From assembly GCA_030704615.1 (NCBI GenBank), contig CM060731.1, positions 15,500,001 to 15,564,000 on the forward strand: a stretch of DNA of 64,000 nt, read 5' to 3'. A program made the position numbers and the translations under genes. The notes below the pieces were generated by a model that was given only the letters and a program-made list of their open reading frames with translations, made no database searches and had not been told where the DNA came from. This stretch comes from Takakia lepidozioides (taxonomy: Eukaryota; Plantae; Bryophyta). Shown here one piece after another: positions 36,301 to 49,700 of the stretch (its first letter is position 1; each line of letters opens with the position of its first letter).

Positions 36301-39104
36301 AGCCTTGCCCACAATGCCTACAACTAGAAATCAAGCTAATTATACTGTTTCTTATTGACTTGTGGTCTAGCCCCCAATAAGGGCTCAGCATACTGATGAC
36401 CGGGCACCGAAGCTTAAACTTGTTCAAGAAAGTGTTCTTCTCATCTTCTTTTTGCAATCGTTGTACTACAAAATCCGGGGTTGCCACTCGACAGTTTGCA
36501 GGACATTACTGCTGCTCTTACCTATGGAGCCTTATCCAATGCATGTGCTTGAAGATCTAGTGTTAGAGCACTAACCTTAGACCTTCAGTCAAATGCTTTG
36601 TGTAGCCACTCCCATGCTTGGCTATTGAAATGGTACAAGCCTAGCATAGTAGGCGGCCTAGCATAGGACAAGTCTAGCCTAGTAGGTGGTCAGGTCAGAT
36701 TTTGCAAAACAGGTGTCCAGACATGATCTCAAGCACATAAACGCTTGATTCCTCCTTGTCAATTATCTCCACAGGCACATCATCTCCATTGTGCTACATA
36801 TAGTAGCCATAGACTGAATGGCAAAATCTAAGATAAAAAAACAAGTGCTTCTGTCCATGCTGCTGGTGACGACACCACAACAGGACTCCCCGAGATATCC
36901 ACAATCAGCCCGACAATCTGGTGTCCCAGTATCCTCCAGACAATGCCAAAAGCTCTGGTGCTCCTTGGTTCTGGGGTGAATACTCAATGTTTGTGTAGAG
37001 CTTTATTGACAAAATCTGGAAGTCAGAATCATTGGGTGGTGGTAATGACCAAATATAACGTGAGCGCATTTAACCCAACATCCTACTCAAGAAAAGAAAA
37101 CTGATAATCTTGCTCCGTTAGTTTGTTCAATCTTCTTCCACAGTGTTGCAGATAGTTGCAAACTGAGGACTTGAACTTGACTACACATGATTACAGGTTT
37201 CCCCTAACCAACCTCCTATGGTGCCTGCTACGAACCTATTGTGGCAGGCAGCTCACAGTTGACAAAAGAAACTATGCTCGGTTTTGCCACTAGCTCGATT
37301 TTTCCAAAATGGTGGCAACCTGAAACCTGAAGTTAGTCATCTAGCAAGTTTTTAAATTCAGTAGGGGATCCACAACGGTGAGTAGAAGCTAGCAACAACT
37401 AATTAAACAAAGGTGCTTCTCAACAGACGAATGTAGTGGCTGTATTTAACTCAGCATCTCATGGTCAAGAAAAGAAAGCTGATAAAAACCACGGATCTTG
37501 TTCTGCGAGTTTGTTCAGCCACCAGCCTCATCTTCCACAGGGCTTGTGGATAGTTGCAAACTCAGGACTGGAATCGATCACAATTCAGTAGTTCTAAAAC
37601 TAAATCCAAGCATTGAAAGCAACAAAGCTTCATGATGCATCGGAAATGTCACCTAATCATCATGGTGTGGTGTCGGTGGATATAGAGGGTGTAGTGGCAA
37701 CTCAAAAGCTCTCAATCTTAATGCAGGCAAACAAAGCAAAAAAGCTTAGTAGTACATCGGAAGCTGTACCTCATCAATCAATGTGAGTGTGGTGTCAGTC
37801 GACAACTAGAATGCAGTGGCAGTATTTCACTTGCGGATAGTTGCAAACTCAAGACTGGACTGACATAAAACAGGAAGGAAGTCCAAGGCTTACCCATCCA
37901 TGGTGGTGAGTCCAACTAGACAGTCATGCAGTATTGTAAGTAGCTCGCTCTGTTCAACTCAGCACCTCAAGAGTAGTGAAACTGGGATGCGGGGGTCCGA
38001 GTTATACCCTTCAACACACATTGCGGCGGCCCATGATCCTGTGCATTGATCCAAGCACGAACCCTAGATGGATGTTTCCATCCACAACAGTGGAGGCTAA
38101 AACCCTAGTTTTGGCGGAGCACTGAGCTTGCATCCGCCATGGCGTCCGTAAGTGCCCTCTACCTGGCATTGTCGATGTTGGAAGAAAGCCTTGAAATGAA
38201 CTTGTTATCACTTCTGGGTGACCTCGAGCAGGCCTGCGATTCAGTGCAAGTGCCACGTTGGTGGTTGTGATAGTGCCGAGGGACTGACGAACATCTCTAA
38301 CTTACTGTGCTGCACTGTGAGGCCCGAAATCAGTCTGCGGAGGAGTCCAATTGCTACAGTCATGATGGCAACCTTGCCTCGTTATTGCAGGCAGCGTTGT
38401 GGTATGTTGACATCAACGGTGCCTTGTTATTGCCAGCCCTGGTTTCGCTAGCTACCAGTTTCATGAGTAAACGATGCTGGAAACCACAAGAAAGGACAAA
38501 CGGCCGATATTTCAAACAAGTCTCCAGCATGCCTCTTCTGGATACACGCATACATTCATGGAAAAGCCAGTGAGCCCAAGGTGATGACATAGATCAAGGA
38601 CACCAGAGCAGTGAAGTGGTTATCTTGATAAATGATTTCAATGCCATGTTTTGGAAGGGCAGTGAGCAATCTATGGGCCTGCCGCATGAGAGCAGCTGCA
38701 ACCTACCTTGGCATTTGAAGACCCTTCATCACTGACAAACTCCATTGAAGTGTGGATATTGCAAGACAACAAATGTAAGTAGATCTGGTGGAGTCAGTGA
38801 AAGGAGATGAAACATTCACATTTGTCTTCACATTTGTCTGTTCAGGGTGTCAGGCAAGCAAATTAAGCAGTGACCAGGCATTGATTCCTGCTGTTTGAAG
38901 AGCAGTATCGAGCGATAGGAAGCTGAAACATGCGTGGCATCTCATCTCGGAGCTCACTTGGTATCAGCAAGAAGTCAAGGCTGCATTTCCAACACATTGT
39001 AAATGAAGGAGATATTCAATCGACATATCCAAAGAATAAGTACCCTTGTGCCCAAAAGAACCATGGAGGGGGGTGGACTTAACATGTCCAGCCTCCTACA
39101 TGTA

Positions 39105-39929
39105 TCAAGTCTTCAAGAGGAAGACATCAACATTGTCATGAACACCTTGGAAGAGCATCTCTCCATCAAATTTGACAATCTTCCTCTTCTTGGCAGCTCG
39201 GAGGGTTCCCACCAATGCCTCAAAGAGGTTCGCACACCTGTCATCGTTGAATAGTGTTCCAAACTTCACCTGTGTGGAGTCACATGTACACGAACATCAT
39301 GCAATGACAGAAAGCAACCCTTTACAACTTCTGTCTTGCAAACAAGGATATGGCCACTGGTGCTACCATCAGAATGAGGTTACTTCCTCCTGCCCTCATA
39401 CAAGCAAAACCTCTTACAACTCTGCCATACCAAATAACGCCTGCAGAGGCATTTACAAATTTAGACCTGACTCAATTTCTTTCTTGCTTTAAAGTGCGCT
39501 ACCCTCAATCAGATTGATTCCGTATCGATGCCACATGCATGGGCTAATGTAAAGCACAGTAGAGTATCCATAGCTTGCTCTAGCACATGAGAATGACAAA
39601 ATGCACTTCGGCTGCAAGTAGCATTGGCTGCTGCCAGGGCTATCTTAACACGGGACGTTGACAATCTGTCAAATAACCGATCTAGTCTGCAGCCGTGGTT
39701 GGCATGGACAGCTTGAGAACTGATCATTACCATCAAAGTCTAACGCTTGTGCTAGGTCTCTGGATCAGATCATCAAACCTGTTGAGCTTCATCGAGCACA
39801 ATGAATGCGAGGTTGGAGAACGCTGAATGAGAAGTTAAGAGAGCATACAGAAATGGAGCCATCAGGCTGCTGGCAACCCAGGCGAGTGATTTCTTCCTTG
39901 AGACGGCCTATCTCCTCCTCCACGTTCAT
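39105..39929 (-). CDS. ABRACL: Costars-family protein (ABRACL-like), 81 aa; exons 39929-39849 and 39269-39105
   Basis: MNVEEEIGRLKEEITRLGCQQPDGSIS|VKFGTLFNDDRCANLFEALVGTLRAAKKRKIVKFDGEMLFQGVHDNVDVFLLKT*, with a GT-AG intron. Confidence 0.93.
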
Positions 39930-41011
39930 GATCCCCATCCGGCACGTGCTCTTCTGATACGGATGACAGCGAGAAGACGATTTCAGAACGAGTGGGACGA
40001 GGGGAAGGCTGTTTAGCTCATCGCCGGAACTCGCCCCTGGAGGCTTGGACCAAACCACAGACTTTCAGGTAGCTTAGACATCCTCCAACCCTAAGCAAAA
40101 AAGTGTAGACGGGCACACATTGTCATGTTCGATCGTGGCGCTTTGACGAGAATTCTCCGAGCACAAGACGATGACATTGGAATGGACTCGGATGCCGGAT
40201 GGGGTGTAGCAGCCGTTGGCAAAGAGCCTCTCACTTCAAGTTAAGATAATCAATGTTTTACATTTGGTGGCCGAGTGCTAAATGCATGTCCACCTGATGA
40301 ATCATGAATGCTTGTGCGGGCCCTCCCAAGCCGATGCAGTGCAAATATGTACAGCTCTTCCTACCAACTTGCTGCGGGTTCTTGCACAAAACCTTAATAG
40401 CAACAAAGGTGATGGCTGCTCCGGCCCTGACAATCATCAGCTCCAATCAAATGTGGCTCCTGTTTGGCACTACATGTGAGTCATGATCCACAGTACTCAT
40501 CTGAATACATTCTGCGTGTTCTGGCCATGAGATGCCGAGACATTGATAGAATACGCATGCAACGTGACATACCCAGGTGACCTTCAGAACTCTTCATCCT
40601 TCCGTTCACCAAGATGCCACCGCTTGAAAATGAAATCACTGAAATCACTAACTATCACTGAACCCACTAGCAGGACAGGAATGTCAAAGAAACAGTCAGA
40701 TAAAGTGCACAGGCCGAGCAGAGGAACCCTTGAGAGGATGTGAGGCACATGTCACGTGATGCCTGAGCGAGAAACTTGAATTTGCAATAAAATGTCATAG
40801 CAACAAGATGAAATCTAGTCAATCATCTATAACCCGCATGTTGAATGTCAGCTGAAATAATTCAAAAGGAACCAACAATTTACAATCATAAAACATCCTC
40901 TGGACATGATACGCAGTGTATCCAATTCCAAAGAACTTCTTCCGCCATTTGCATTCTAAGCTTTCTGTGACTCCTTCCTGTCTCCTCGTACAAAGATCGT
41001 CTTTAAGACAA

Positions 41012-42571
41012 CTACACTCTAAGCTTCTGTGATTCCCTCTTAAGGGCATTGGCTCTGATTAAACTACCAATGGTGTTGAACGCCAGTTTGATATCATCCA
41101 GTGGGTTGCCAGGCACCACAACCTTGTATAAATAGCTGTCAAAAGTCATCTTCTGAACATAGTCATCAGCGCACATCTCAACAAATGCCTCCCGAGCAGG
41201 GTTGGATCTGTAAAAGACCTTCTGAAGGATGTCGAGTACCTTGTAGGTGGCCCAGTACTTTTTATCCCACTTGTCGAGATACACTCTCAAGTCCGCCTCA
41301 TTCACCATCCTGGTTCCATTAGCCGAGCCCTCAACAATGGCCTCTGCACACATGCGCCCAGACTTTGCTGCGAAGTAAATGCCCTCCCCTGAGCATTTGG
41401 TAACATACCCAGCGGCATCCCCAACCAAGGCTACTCGGTTGCTGGCCCGACGAGGCCTGGGGTGCTCAGGGATGGGATGAGCCTCCACTCTGATGATCTT
41501 TCCACCGGCAATCTTATCTTTGGCCCGATTGCGAGTGGCAGTCTGATATTTCTTAATTGCAGGCTTGTTGATCACAGTGCCGGTTCCCACAGCAACGTGG
41601 TCGCACTTGGGGAAAACCCAGCCATAGAAGTCGGGGGAAACATCATCTCCAACATACATCTCGGCCAAATTCTCGTAGTACTCCATCTTATCTTCGGGAA
41701 TTTTGATTCTCTCTTGGAATGCAATGGCATAGTTATACTCTCCAGCATCAATGTCTTTGGCCACTCTGCTGTTAGCACCATCTGCTCCAATGATGGCGTC
41801 AACTTCCAGAACGGAGGGGGTTCCCACCTTAGATGTCCCATCGAACTTAGTGTAGTGCAAAATGTAGGGGCTATCATCATCCTTCGGAATCTCCATCCTC
41901 AAGAACAACCCGTTAATAACCTCGGCCCCGCTTTCAGCAGCCCGCTCCCGAAGAAAAGAATCGAGCACCTCCCGTCTCACCATCCCAATGTACTCATCGT
42001 CATTCAATGTTCTCCCCACGTCCACGGCCACATTCGAGGGCGAAATCATTTTCATCTTGGTAACCTTGCGGTCAATGATTTCCGGAGGAAGATCAAACTC
42101 GCCAACCATGCATAGAGGTATAGCTCCACCACAAGGCTTGGCATTGTCGAGCTTCCTCTCTATCAGGAATGTCTCAATCCCACCCTTGGCAAGAGTTTCC
42201 GCGGCACAACCCCCAGCGGGACCTCCACCCACAACAGCCACTCGAAGCTTGCGCCCCTCCAGTTTCGTGCTCGACTTCCCCGCATAGACCGTCAGCGTCG
42301 TCCGCCTCCCCCGTGCTGCTCCCTCACCGTGGTCCACACTCTGGAGACCCTTAATCCCCCAGGCAGAGCCCGCAGAGAGGGGAGAGGCACGCAATCCATC
42401 GAACGCCCTGAGAGCCTGCCTCGAAGACGATCCCCGGACATGTCTGCTCGCGCCATCCGCCTTCAGAGCAAGTTGGGCTGCATCCGAAAATCTGCAAGCT
42501 TGTTCGGAGGACTGAGAGGAGAGAGACGAAAGGGTCGAGCCCACAACTGCGGCGTGCGGAGATGCCGCCAT
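41012..42571 (-). CDS. CHLP: Geranylgeranyl diphosphate reductase, chloroplastic; single coding exon
   Basis: Ser/Ala/Arg-rich transit peptide, then LRVAVVGGGPAG, KPCGGAIPLC, GDDVSPDFYGWVFPK and GDAAGYVTKCSGEGIYFA. Confidence 0.98.
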   Translation of the reverse strand: MAASPHAAVVGSTLSSLSSQSSEQACRFSDAAQLALKADGASRHVRGSSSRQALRAFDGLRASPLSAGSAWGIKGLQSVDHGEGAARGRRTTLTVYAGKSSTKLEGRKLRVAVVGGGPAGGCAAETLAKGGIETFLIERKLDNAKPCGGAIPLCMVGEFDLPPEIIDRKVTKMKMISPSNVAVDVGRTLNDDEYIGMVRREVLDSFLRERAAESGAEVINGLFLRMEIPKDDDSPYILHYTKFDGTSKVGTPSVLEVDAIIGADGANSRVAKDIDAGEYNYAIAFQERIKIPEDKMEYYENLAEMYVGDDVSPDFYGWVFPKCDHVAVGTGTVINKPAIKKYQTATRNRAKDKIAGGKIIRVEAHPIPEHPRPRRASNRVALVGDAAGYVTKCSGEGIYFAAKSGRMCAEAIVEGSANGTRMVNEADLRVYLDKWDKKYWATYKVLDILQKVFYRSNPAREAFVEMCADDYVQKMTFDSYLYKVVVPGNPLDDIKLAFNTIGSLIRANALKRESQKLRV

Positions 42572-43132
42572 CGCTGCAGCTCCTACAAGCTGCGGTCTCG
42601 CAGCTCAAGCTCAAGGGGATGCTGCAGAGCATGCAAGATCCGTGGGGTGGGTTGGATATTTGTGTACCATATCACCTTTCCTCCACTCATTCACCGCCAC
42701 CTGGACCGGGATCCTCTAGCAGATTGGGCATTGGTGGACTGAGAGCAGCCTCTTGTGAATTTGCACCCAAAGACACTCTGATGTCTAGTAAAAGTAAACT
42801 CACAATAGTGTCAAGGTCATGTGGATTCATGCTGTTTTCAATGGGCTTTTGCTATGGCTGTGAGACTGTGTGGGCACTGTGGAATGAGGTGCATGTGCTT
42901 TTTGGCCACTTGAGAGAGCTCAAGCAGTAAGTAGTCCATTTCTTAGATCAGGTGTGAAGGTTGGCAAATATTTCAACAATTTCTTTGCAATGGATTGGTT
43001 TGAACTGGCACCTCAATCGCAATTGTGATTACTGGAGATTGTTGTTCTCATTATATACCTATGAATTTGCAGGATCACTGGCTTTGCTTCGATTTGAATC
43101 ATACAGCAAGAAATGAAACAGTTTTCCCTCAC

Positions 43133-43205
43133 AAGTGGGTAGCTCAGTTGGATCGTGCACTGAGTGCCACGCAGATGAGACGGGGGTGAAATCCTGCTAC
43201 ATTGT
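43133..43205 (+). other. tRNA-like remnant or SINE head
   Basis: A box TAGCTCAGTTGG at 43140-43151 and B-like GGTGAAATCC at 43185-43194; no convincing cloverleaf. Confidence 0.4.
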
Positions 43206-43767
43206 TGGGTGTGGTATGTTCTCCCCTTCCCTTGGCTAAAGAGGTTATTTTCTCCTCTCAATAAGGGGCCTGATTCTTGTTGCTCCCAGCAGTTTCCCTT
43301 TAGAAAAAGGAGAAAAACAACTTACCCATTGAAGAAGAGATGGATAGAAACATTTCCACAATAGACAGCTAACATACCCCATCTTTAGCCCAACCTGCCA
43401 TAATGAATCACACCTTGATGCCAGACCAATTGAATCAACTAGAGGGTCGTGTCTACATTCATCATTATTTGACATTCTTAGTGTTTGTCTCAACGGTCTT
43501 GTGGTGAGCATTGTGATCCCAACAAGTGGGAGATGCTTTCCCTGTGAGATACTTTGCGGCGTGCCCACAAGAGATGGATAAATTTACGGATGGAATTCCA
43601 GTGCTAGGTATGTCCTGTGACGAGGGGTGACTACAACCTAGATCACCCTTTTGTACAAAGACTACATGGTGCTTTTGCCAATCCTGGCAAGAAGCCCAGC
43701 TACCCCTAAGACTATTGGTCAAGCCAAATGGAAGGCAACGGAGGCATTGCTAGCCAGCAGCAGGCAG

Positions 43768-46700
43768 CTACATAAGCCCAAACCCTTCTGCATTATTGAT
43801 TGCTGTCATGAGCCGCTCTCTTAACTGCATCAGACACAGACATTCAGCCTCACCTTCAGGGTGAGAGATAGTAATTGCCCGAGCACAGCCATGCTTGCGA
43901 ACTGCGGGAGCATCAAGCCGACATACTCACTTCCAGTCATAACTTATAAAACAGACAAGATACACTTCTTCTCACCCAAATTGCCTGAAGGGATGCCTTT
44001 CACAGCCTGACAGAGTCTCTCTGCACCTAATCTCTCTCATGCGATCTGTACATGAACAGAGCAATTGCAAAAATAGTCAAAATGAGAATCAATCACCTTC
44101 TCTTTGCTGCTGTACTCAGGGAGCAGCAAATGGTTGAAGCACGTATGCGCTGTTGGTAGCCTCTCTGAGTCACTCCCTGGTAGGTCCAACCAAGGCACAA
44201 CACAAAGCAAATGGAAGGCAAAATTACTTCAATCCCCCAGAACAAGGTGGGGAGGAGGGATAAAAGGGTGACACCATACTGACAGCTACTTGACCTATTG
44301 CCTCTGGAACCAGTCCCCATCTGCTTAATCCACTTCCAGGATCCAGCACTTTGAATGAATAACCACAATCCAGGGTTGGTTCCTACTGTGACTGGATGGT
44401 ATGTAAGACTTTCTCACCATTTCTTGAAATCACAAAGTGAAGATTTGCAAGGCCCTTAATAGGAGCACGGTCGCTGCCCGTGACAAAAAACAACAGCTTC
44501 TTCTTGTTCTCCTGTTCGAGTGAATGTACCACCTGCAGAGTATAGAATTCGCCCCTCACCAACTATAGATGAAACAATATCTCAAGCGGACTTCAGCAGC
44601 ATGCTAGACACACAAGTGTAAATAGTCACAGAAGACAGTGTATTGTTGCAACTGCTAGTCTTACAGCTCCTTCTCAAGCGGCAGAAGAGAGAGGTTCAGA
44701 CCTCCCAGAAGTTTTGGATGACATGGGAGTCCTTCTTGTATCCATCCTCGTACAGTGTGCTATTCTCCCTGTATTCCATGAAACACTCAACTTTCCCATT
44801 TAGTGTAAATCCAATTCAGGGCAAGCAAATGACTGTATGCTACTTGATACAAGAGGTATTACTTTCAGCTCAAAGATAGCTAGGGTCAATATAAACGAAC
44901 AGCTCGTGACAATGTTGCAGCAAATCCATCCTATCACCCAGATCACCATGTTGGTGCAAAAGTTTACGGTAATGGAGCAAACTTACAAAGCATCAAAATC
45001 CAGGAGAGGGCTACCACAGATGAGCTGCTCAAGCTCCAATGGTTGAAAAAGCTGCAGTACAAATGGACATACCCATGGAGCTTTTCAACAAGATTGTGCT
45101 GAAAAACTGAATGTTGTGGTTAAACCTACATCATTCAGTACTCGAAAGCAGAAAGTGAGGGGTTTCCAGCAAAGCCTCCACAGGCCTTCGATAAGTTTAC
45201 ATTGTTTTTACATCTGTTCATATCACTGCATGGCACTAACCACAGATGTGAGATCTACTCAGATGTACCAACCACCCAATCAAACTCCAATGGCATGAAA
45301 GCTTAGAGAACATGCCCACAATTGCCTGCTGTTGACATCCACCAGTCCCAGAGCTGACTCTGGATCACGCAGCATTTATACTGGAGCCAACAAAGGCTGG
45401 GAGCCAAGGACGCCGACAACTTGCACCTAAGTTTAAAGGCCATTTGAAAAGTTGTCTAGTGTTATCACTTCTCTCTGATTTCCCTCTCCTTCCCAAAAAT
45501 AAAACAAAGTAAACCACCTTAAATCTTGAGGGACTAACAGTGACTTTCCCATACCTCTTCCATGACTAGCCCAGTCACTTGGAAGTAAGCCATTTAAGCA
45601 TGAATTCACACAAATAGCCAGAAACTGATTCCTGCTGGTCTTCTATTTTGGTTGCACCTCAATGACACCACATCAGGAAGAAACTTCTGGTGAATCCAAC
45701 AGATTCAAGAGCTTGCAAGAGAAGAGAATGACTCACCTCAAGAACTGGCCCCTTACAGAGTTTGTGAAAGCCCCGTTTGAATGCTTCAAATGCTCTTGCT
45801 ATGGAAATTTGCATGTAGTACTGTAAAATGAGCAATGAACAGAAAATCAGTGTCTGAATTTTATGACTCATTGACAGGTATCAAGGTCACCTTCCAAAAA
45901 TAGTGACACGACTGTATAAGTGTAAAGACTCGTCTAGGCTTCCAGGTTTGTCTTAGCCCATGAAAGGACAGATGAGAGGGAGAGACAGCCCTTGGCTGTT
46001 AAATTTTCATCAACCCAGGCTCAATGTTCCTTGCTCTGGCACCTGTTTCCAGCTTTGATTCCCCTACCCATTGTTTCTTCTGAACTTCCAGGGCTTCTTT
46101 GCCCTGCCACTTCCTGTCCTGTTGACTTTGCCTCCACACTGTCTCCTTTTTCAGGTTCAGGCTCACCACCTTTGCTTGTGGATGTCCATCCACCATCCAT
46201 GTACCCCAGGATTTCATAGCCTTGTCAAGGTGTAAGATTGCATGAGAAATGATGATCCTCCAATTTTTTCACAAAGATGTCTCTTCCTATCTTTCGAAAA
46301 CCCCTAGTTGGTGCTCAGCTAATGTTCCTCTCTTTCTTGTTTGTAGTATATCCTCAAAGATGTCAAATGGGAACTCCAACAATGTACCTTCACACAAAGG
46401 TCAACATATTCTTGCCGATTCTCGGCATTGACAGCGACATTGGCCCCATCTTCTTTGAGATCTACCGTCAGAATTTGCCCAAATATGTCTTGCACTGAGA
46501 CTTGAAAGCTACGTAGGAAGACTCCCTGTGACATGCCCCGACAACAGAACTTTTCAGTTAGTAAACGAGCAGGTCTGTACCAAAGATACAAGGTTGTTAT
46601 GTGTTTCATGGGTCAAAAAAGTGCAAAGATAAAAACCTACCTCCACATCCCCTTTGAAGCTCAGCAGTTGCTCCAACCCCTTCGCTAGCTGTGGGCTCAC

Positions 46701-49700
46701 CTGGATTGCCATCCCACAAATTTAAACAACCATACAATATTAACTGTTCTATCATCAATTCACAGAATGAGAAATTCTTAGCTTTCCCCGACAACGAAGC
46801 GTATGCCCACCAAAAACGTTTTGCCATGGAGTTTCGTAGCAATTGGCAATTCGGTGGTATTGGGTAAATCAGTCAACCATATACATATGTGAACTGCATA
46901 CATACCCCAGCCAAGTCCTCAAAGGTAGCAGCCTTGCCAAGCAATTTCTTGTAGATCACATTTGGAAAGCGAAGTTCCAGAATATGGCCATTGTATATGG
47001 CCAGCCCAAGCAGTATGCCCACAAGCTCATACTCCATGTCCATGTCCAATGGTGACGAATTGAACCAAAATAACCGTGTCTCCTCATTGTAGGAAAACAT
47101 ACCATACTGTCCACATTCACAGCCTCTGTGGAGTCAAGGGCAGTCTACAGAATGCCAACTCACTTCCTCCATTTCTCTCCATATCTTTCCCCATCTATCC
47201 AGAGTGATGTGGATAGTCTCCAACAAGTCTCAGACATTAGTGGAATCAAGGAAGTATTCCTGGCAAATAGAATGTACACTCCAAGGACTTTAGTCCACTG
47301 AAATGACCAACTCGAACTGAATAACAAATAATTATGGCTAAAATTGAACAGTACAAGTCAATCTGGTTTCTGGTTTACAACTAGTAATAGACGTGTGTTC
47401 GATTGCTACCAAGAATCTTAAAACCTGGATAAAGGACAAGCGAAGCAAAAATGTACCTTGGGATCAAACACTTCACGTACAACAAGCTGGAAAAACTCCT
47501 TCTGTACTCCTCCTTCATCAACCCCTTCTTCTCCAACAAACTGAACCTGCAAGTCCCCGAGAAATGTTTACATGACCACCGTTCTGTGAACTTCGACAAC
47601 AAGTCCATAGCCTGTGGCACTGTAGCAGAGAGCTAGCAGTTTGAGGGCTTCCAAACACATCAGAGCCAAACTGATGACAAAGAACAGTTATACTCAACGT
47701 ACCTTCAAAGGTTTCTTCAGGTCATCCGACTGGCCTTGTACCTGAAATGCAAGAAAGGCAAGAGCTTTTAACTCTTTCATTGGCTTTAGATAGGTGGGAG
47801 ATGTGCTTAAGAAAACCAATCTGCTTTGCACAAATAAACGCTAGAGTTCAGAACAGTGGCACCTACAAGTAACTGTATTGACAACCAAAGGTATCAATTG
47901 TTAGCAGCTCAATGCAATCTCCCTAGAAGTCAAGAAACAAAGAGAAGCCCTAAATGGCTGCTCAGTTACAGAAGGGCAGCACATGCAGGTGCTCAGGTAA
48001 CACTCATAACAAAAAGCATTCTCCAGCAGTCCCATGTCTCCCCCAACCCAGGGAAAATATCTAGGTTCTATTCATCCCCAACTCCCAGAAGAAAATTCAC
48101 TTCCAACTTGATAGTACAGAAAGTAGGATATGCACCAGGTTGAAAGTGCAGCTCATGGTGGCCAAGGCAACTATTCCAAAGTACATTGGGAGATTAATCT
48201 ACAGCACCAAGAGGACTAGGTTTTCTGGTGGAGGAGAAAGAGAGAAAGAAATTTCTTTAATCCGCAGGAGGCAGAGGGGGGCAATGGGAGGGACAAAGAC
48301 AATAGGAGCAGTGGGTGCCACTAACGCATGAGAGTCCAGTACACTAAGTCAACGCAGCCAGACCAGACCCTCTAACCTGTATATACTGCACTTTTACACC
48401 TGTAACATTTACTGATCCCTGGTACTCATCAAAATTTCTATCCCTTACGTCCAACAGATTCAAGAACCCCAACATAAGTGCACAGCCGGAACTGTAACAG
48501 ACTTTCACATCAGTGAAAAAATCATTACCTGGACAATGGTCTCTTGAACGAGATTATCTCTTTGGACACGCAAAATCAAGTAGGGACAGGTGGCACCAAT
48601 AAAGATCGACCGCAGCACAGCGTCCTCAAACTCATGTTTCATCTGACCTTTGGCATCCAAGTGCAATATCTTGCTTTTGCTTGAAGGGTCATATACAAAA
48701 GGGTACCTACACAGTGATATATCACTCCTGCAACCAATGAAGGGGCAATGAGAAGGTGGTGATGAAGAGTCTGGAAGCATGAAAGCATACACACCCATAA
48801 ACCCGCACCTGGTGCATAAAGACACAAGGGAAGACGGATACTCTGTGTATGTGTTAGTGTTTGAATACTAATGTAGGGAGAGCACTGCAAACACTACTTT
48901 CTGGACTCTGATGAACCTAGATAATCCTTTCTTGATAGCCAAAGAGTGCACATTCCAACTTCTGGAACAGTGCATAACTAAGTTGACAATAATCATAACC
49001 TAACAATGCGGTCATTTCAGAGAAAGAAGGAAAAAGGATGTTCAGGAGGAGCCCCAGGCACAATGTGACAAGTAGAAGACAAAAAGAAAACCTTAAGCAG
49101 ATCAAATCCCAAACATTGCTCCGGGACAGAGATCTGCAATATACCAATCTGCTTGCCGCCATTTCTTAAAGTCATCCTTGATGTCAAAGTCTTCATTGTT
49201 GACAGCATCATTGTAGAATGTGGTGTAGCTTAAATGCTGGATTCTTTCATTTACTGAGTCTGCAAACTTCTGTAAAGGACTCCCATCTTGACAGACTTCC
49301 AACCAACCACTGGACCAAGGATCAGACATCGTAATTATGAGCAAAACAGCAACGTTTTCTTAGAATTTCTTTCTCAATCATGAGAAAATTGTGAGAAAAC
49401 TTTCTAAGAAATTGGCACTGCCGGCTCTGAGAACAAGCAAACCTAGCTGCACTGCTGAAACACATTTCACTGAATCAAAACCTTGAATACACAAATTTCC
49501 TGTCTTTTAAATTATAGATTTCTGCACCTCTTCAAAGTGTTCCTCCTTGTATCAAACTAGTAGAATATGTGGATTTTCTAGCTGGATACAAAGGAAGCCC
49601 AATACTTGGACACCCAGCATGACAATAGGATTGACTTGGCGTGACTCATAGAGCTCAATCGTGATGAATTGCTGCACCACTCCTACCAGCCGCTCTAGCT

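Noticed and set aside
41462-42742. Long plus-strand ORFs opposite CHLP (and similar ones opposite the PPR gene and LINEs)
   Set aside because: Antisense shadows of real coding sequence.
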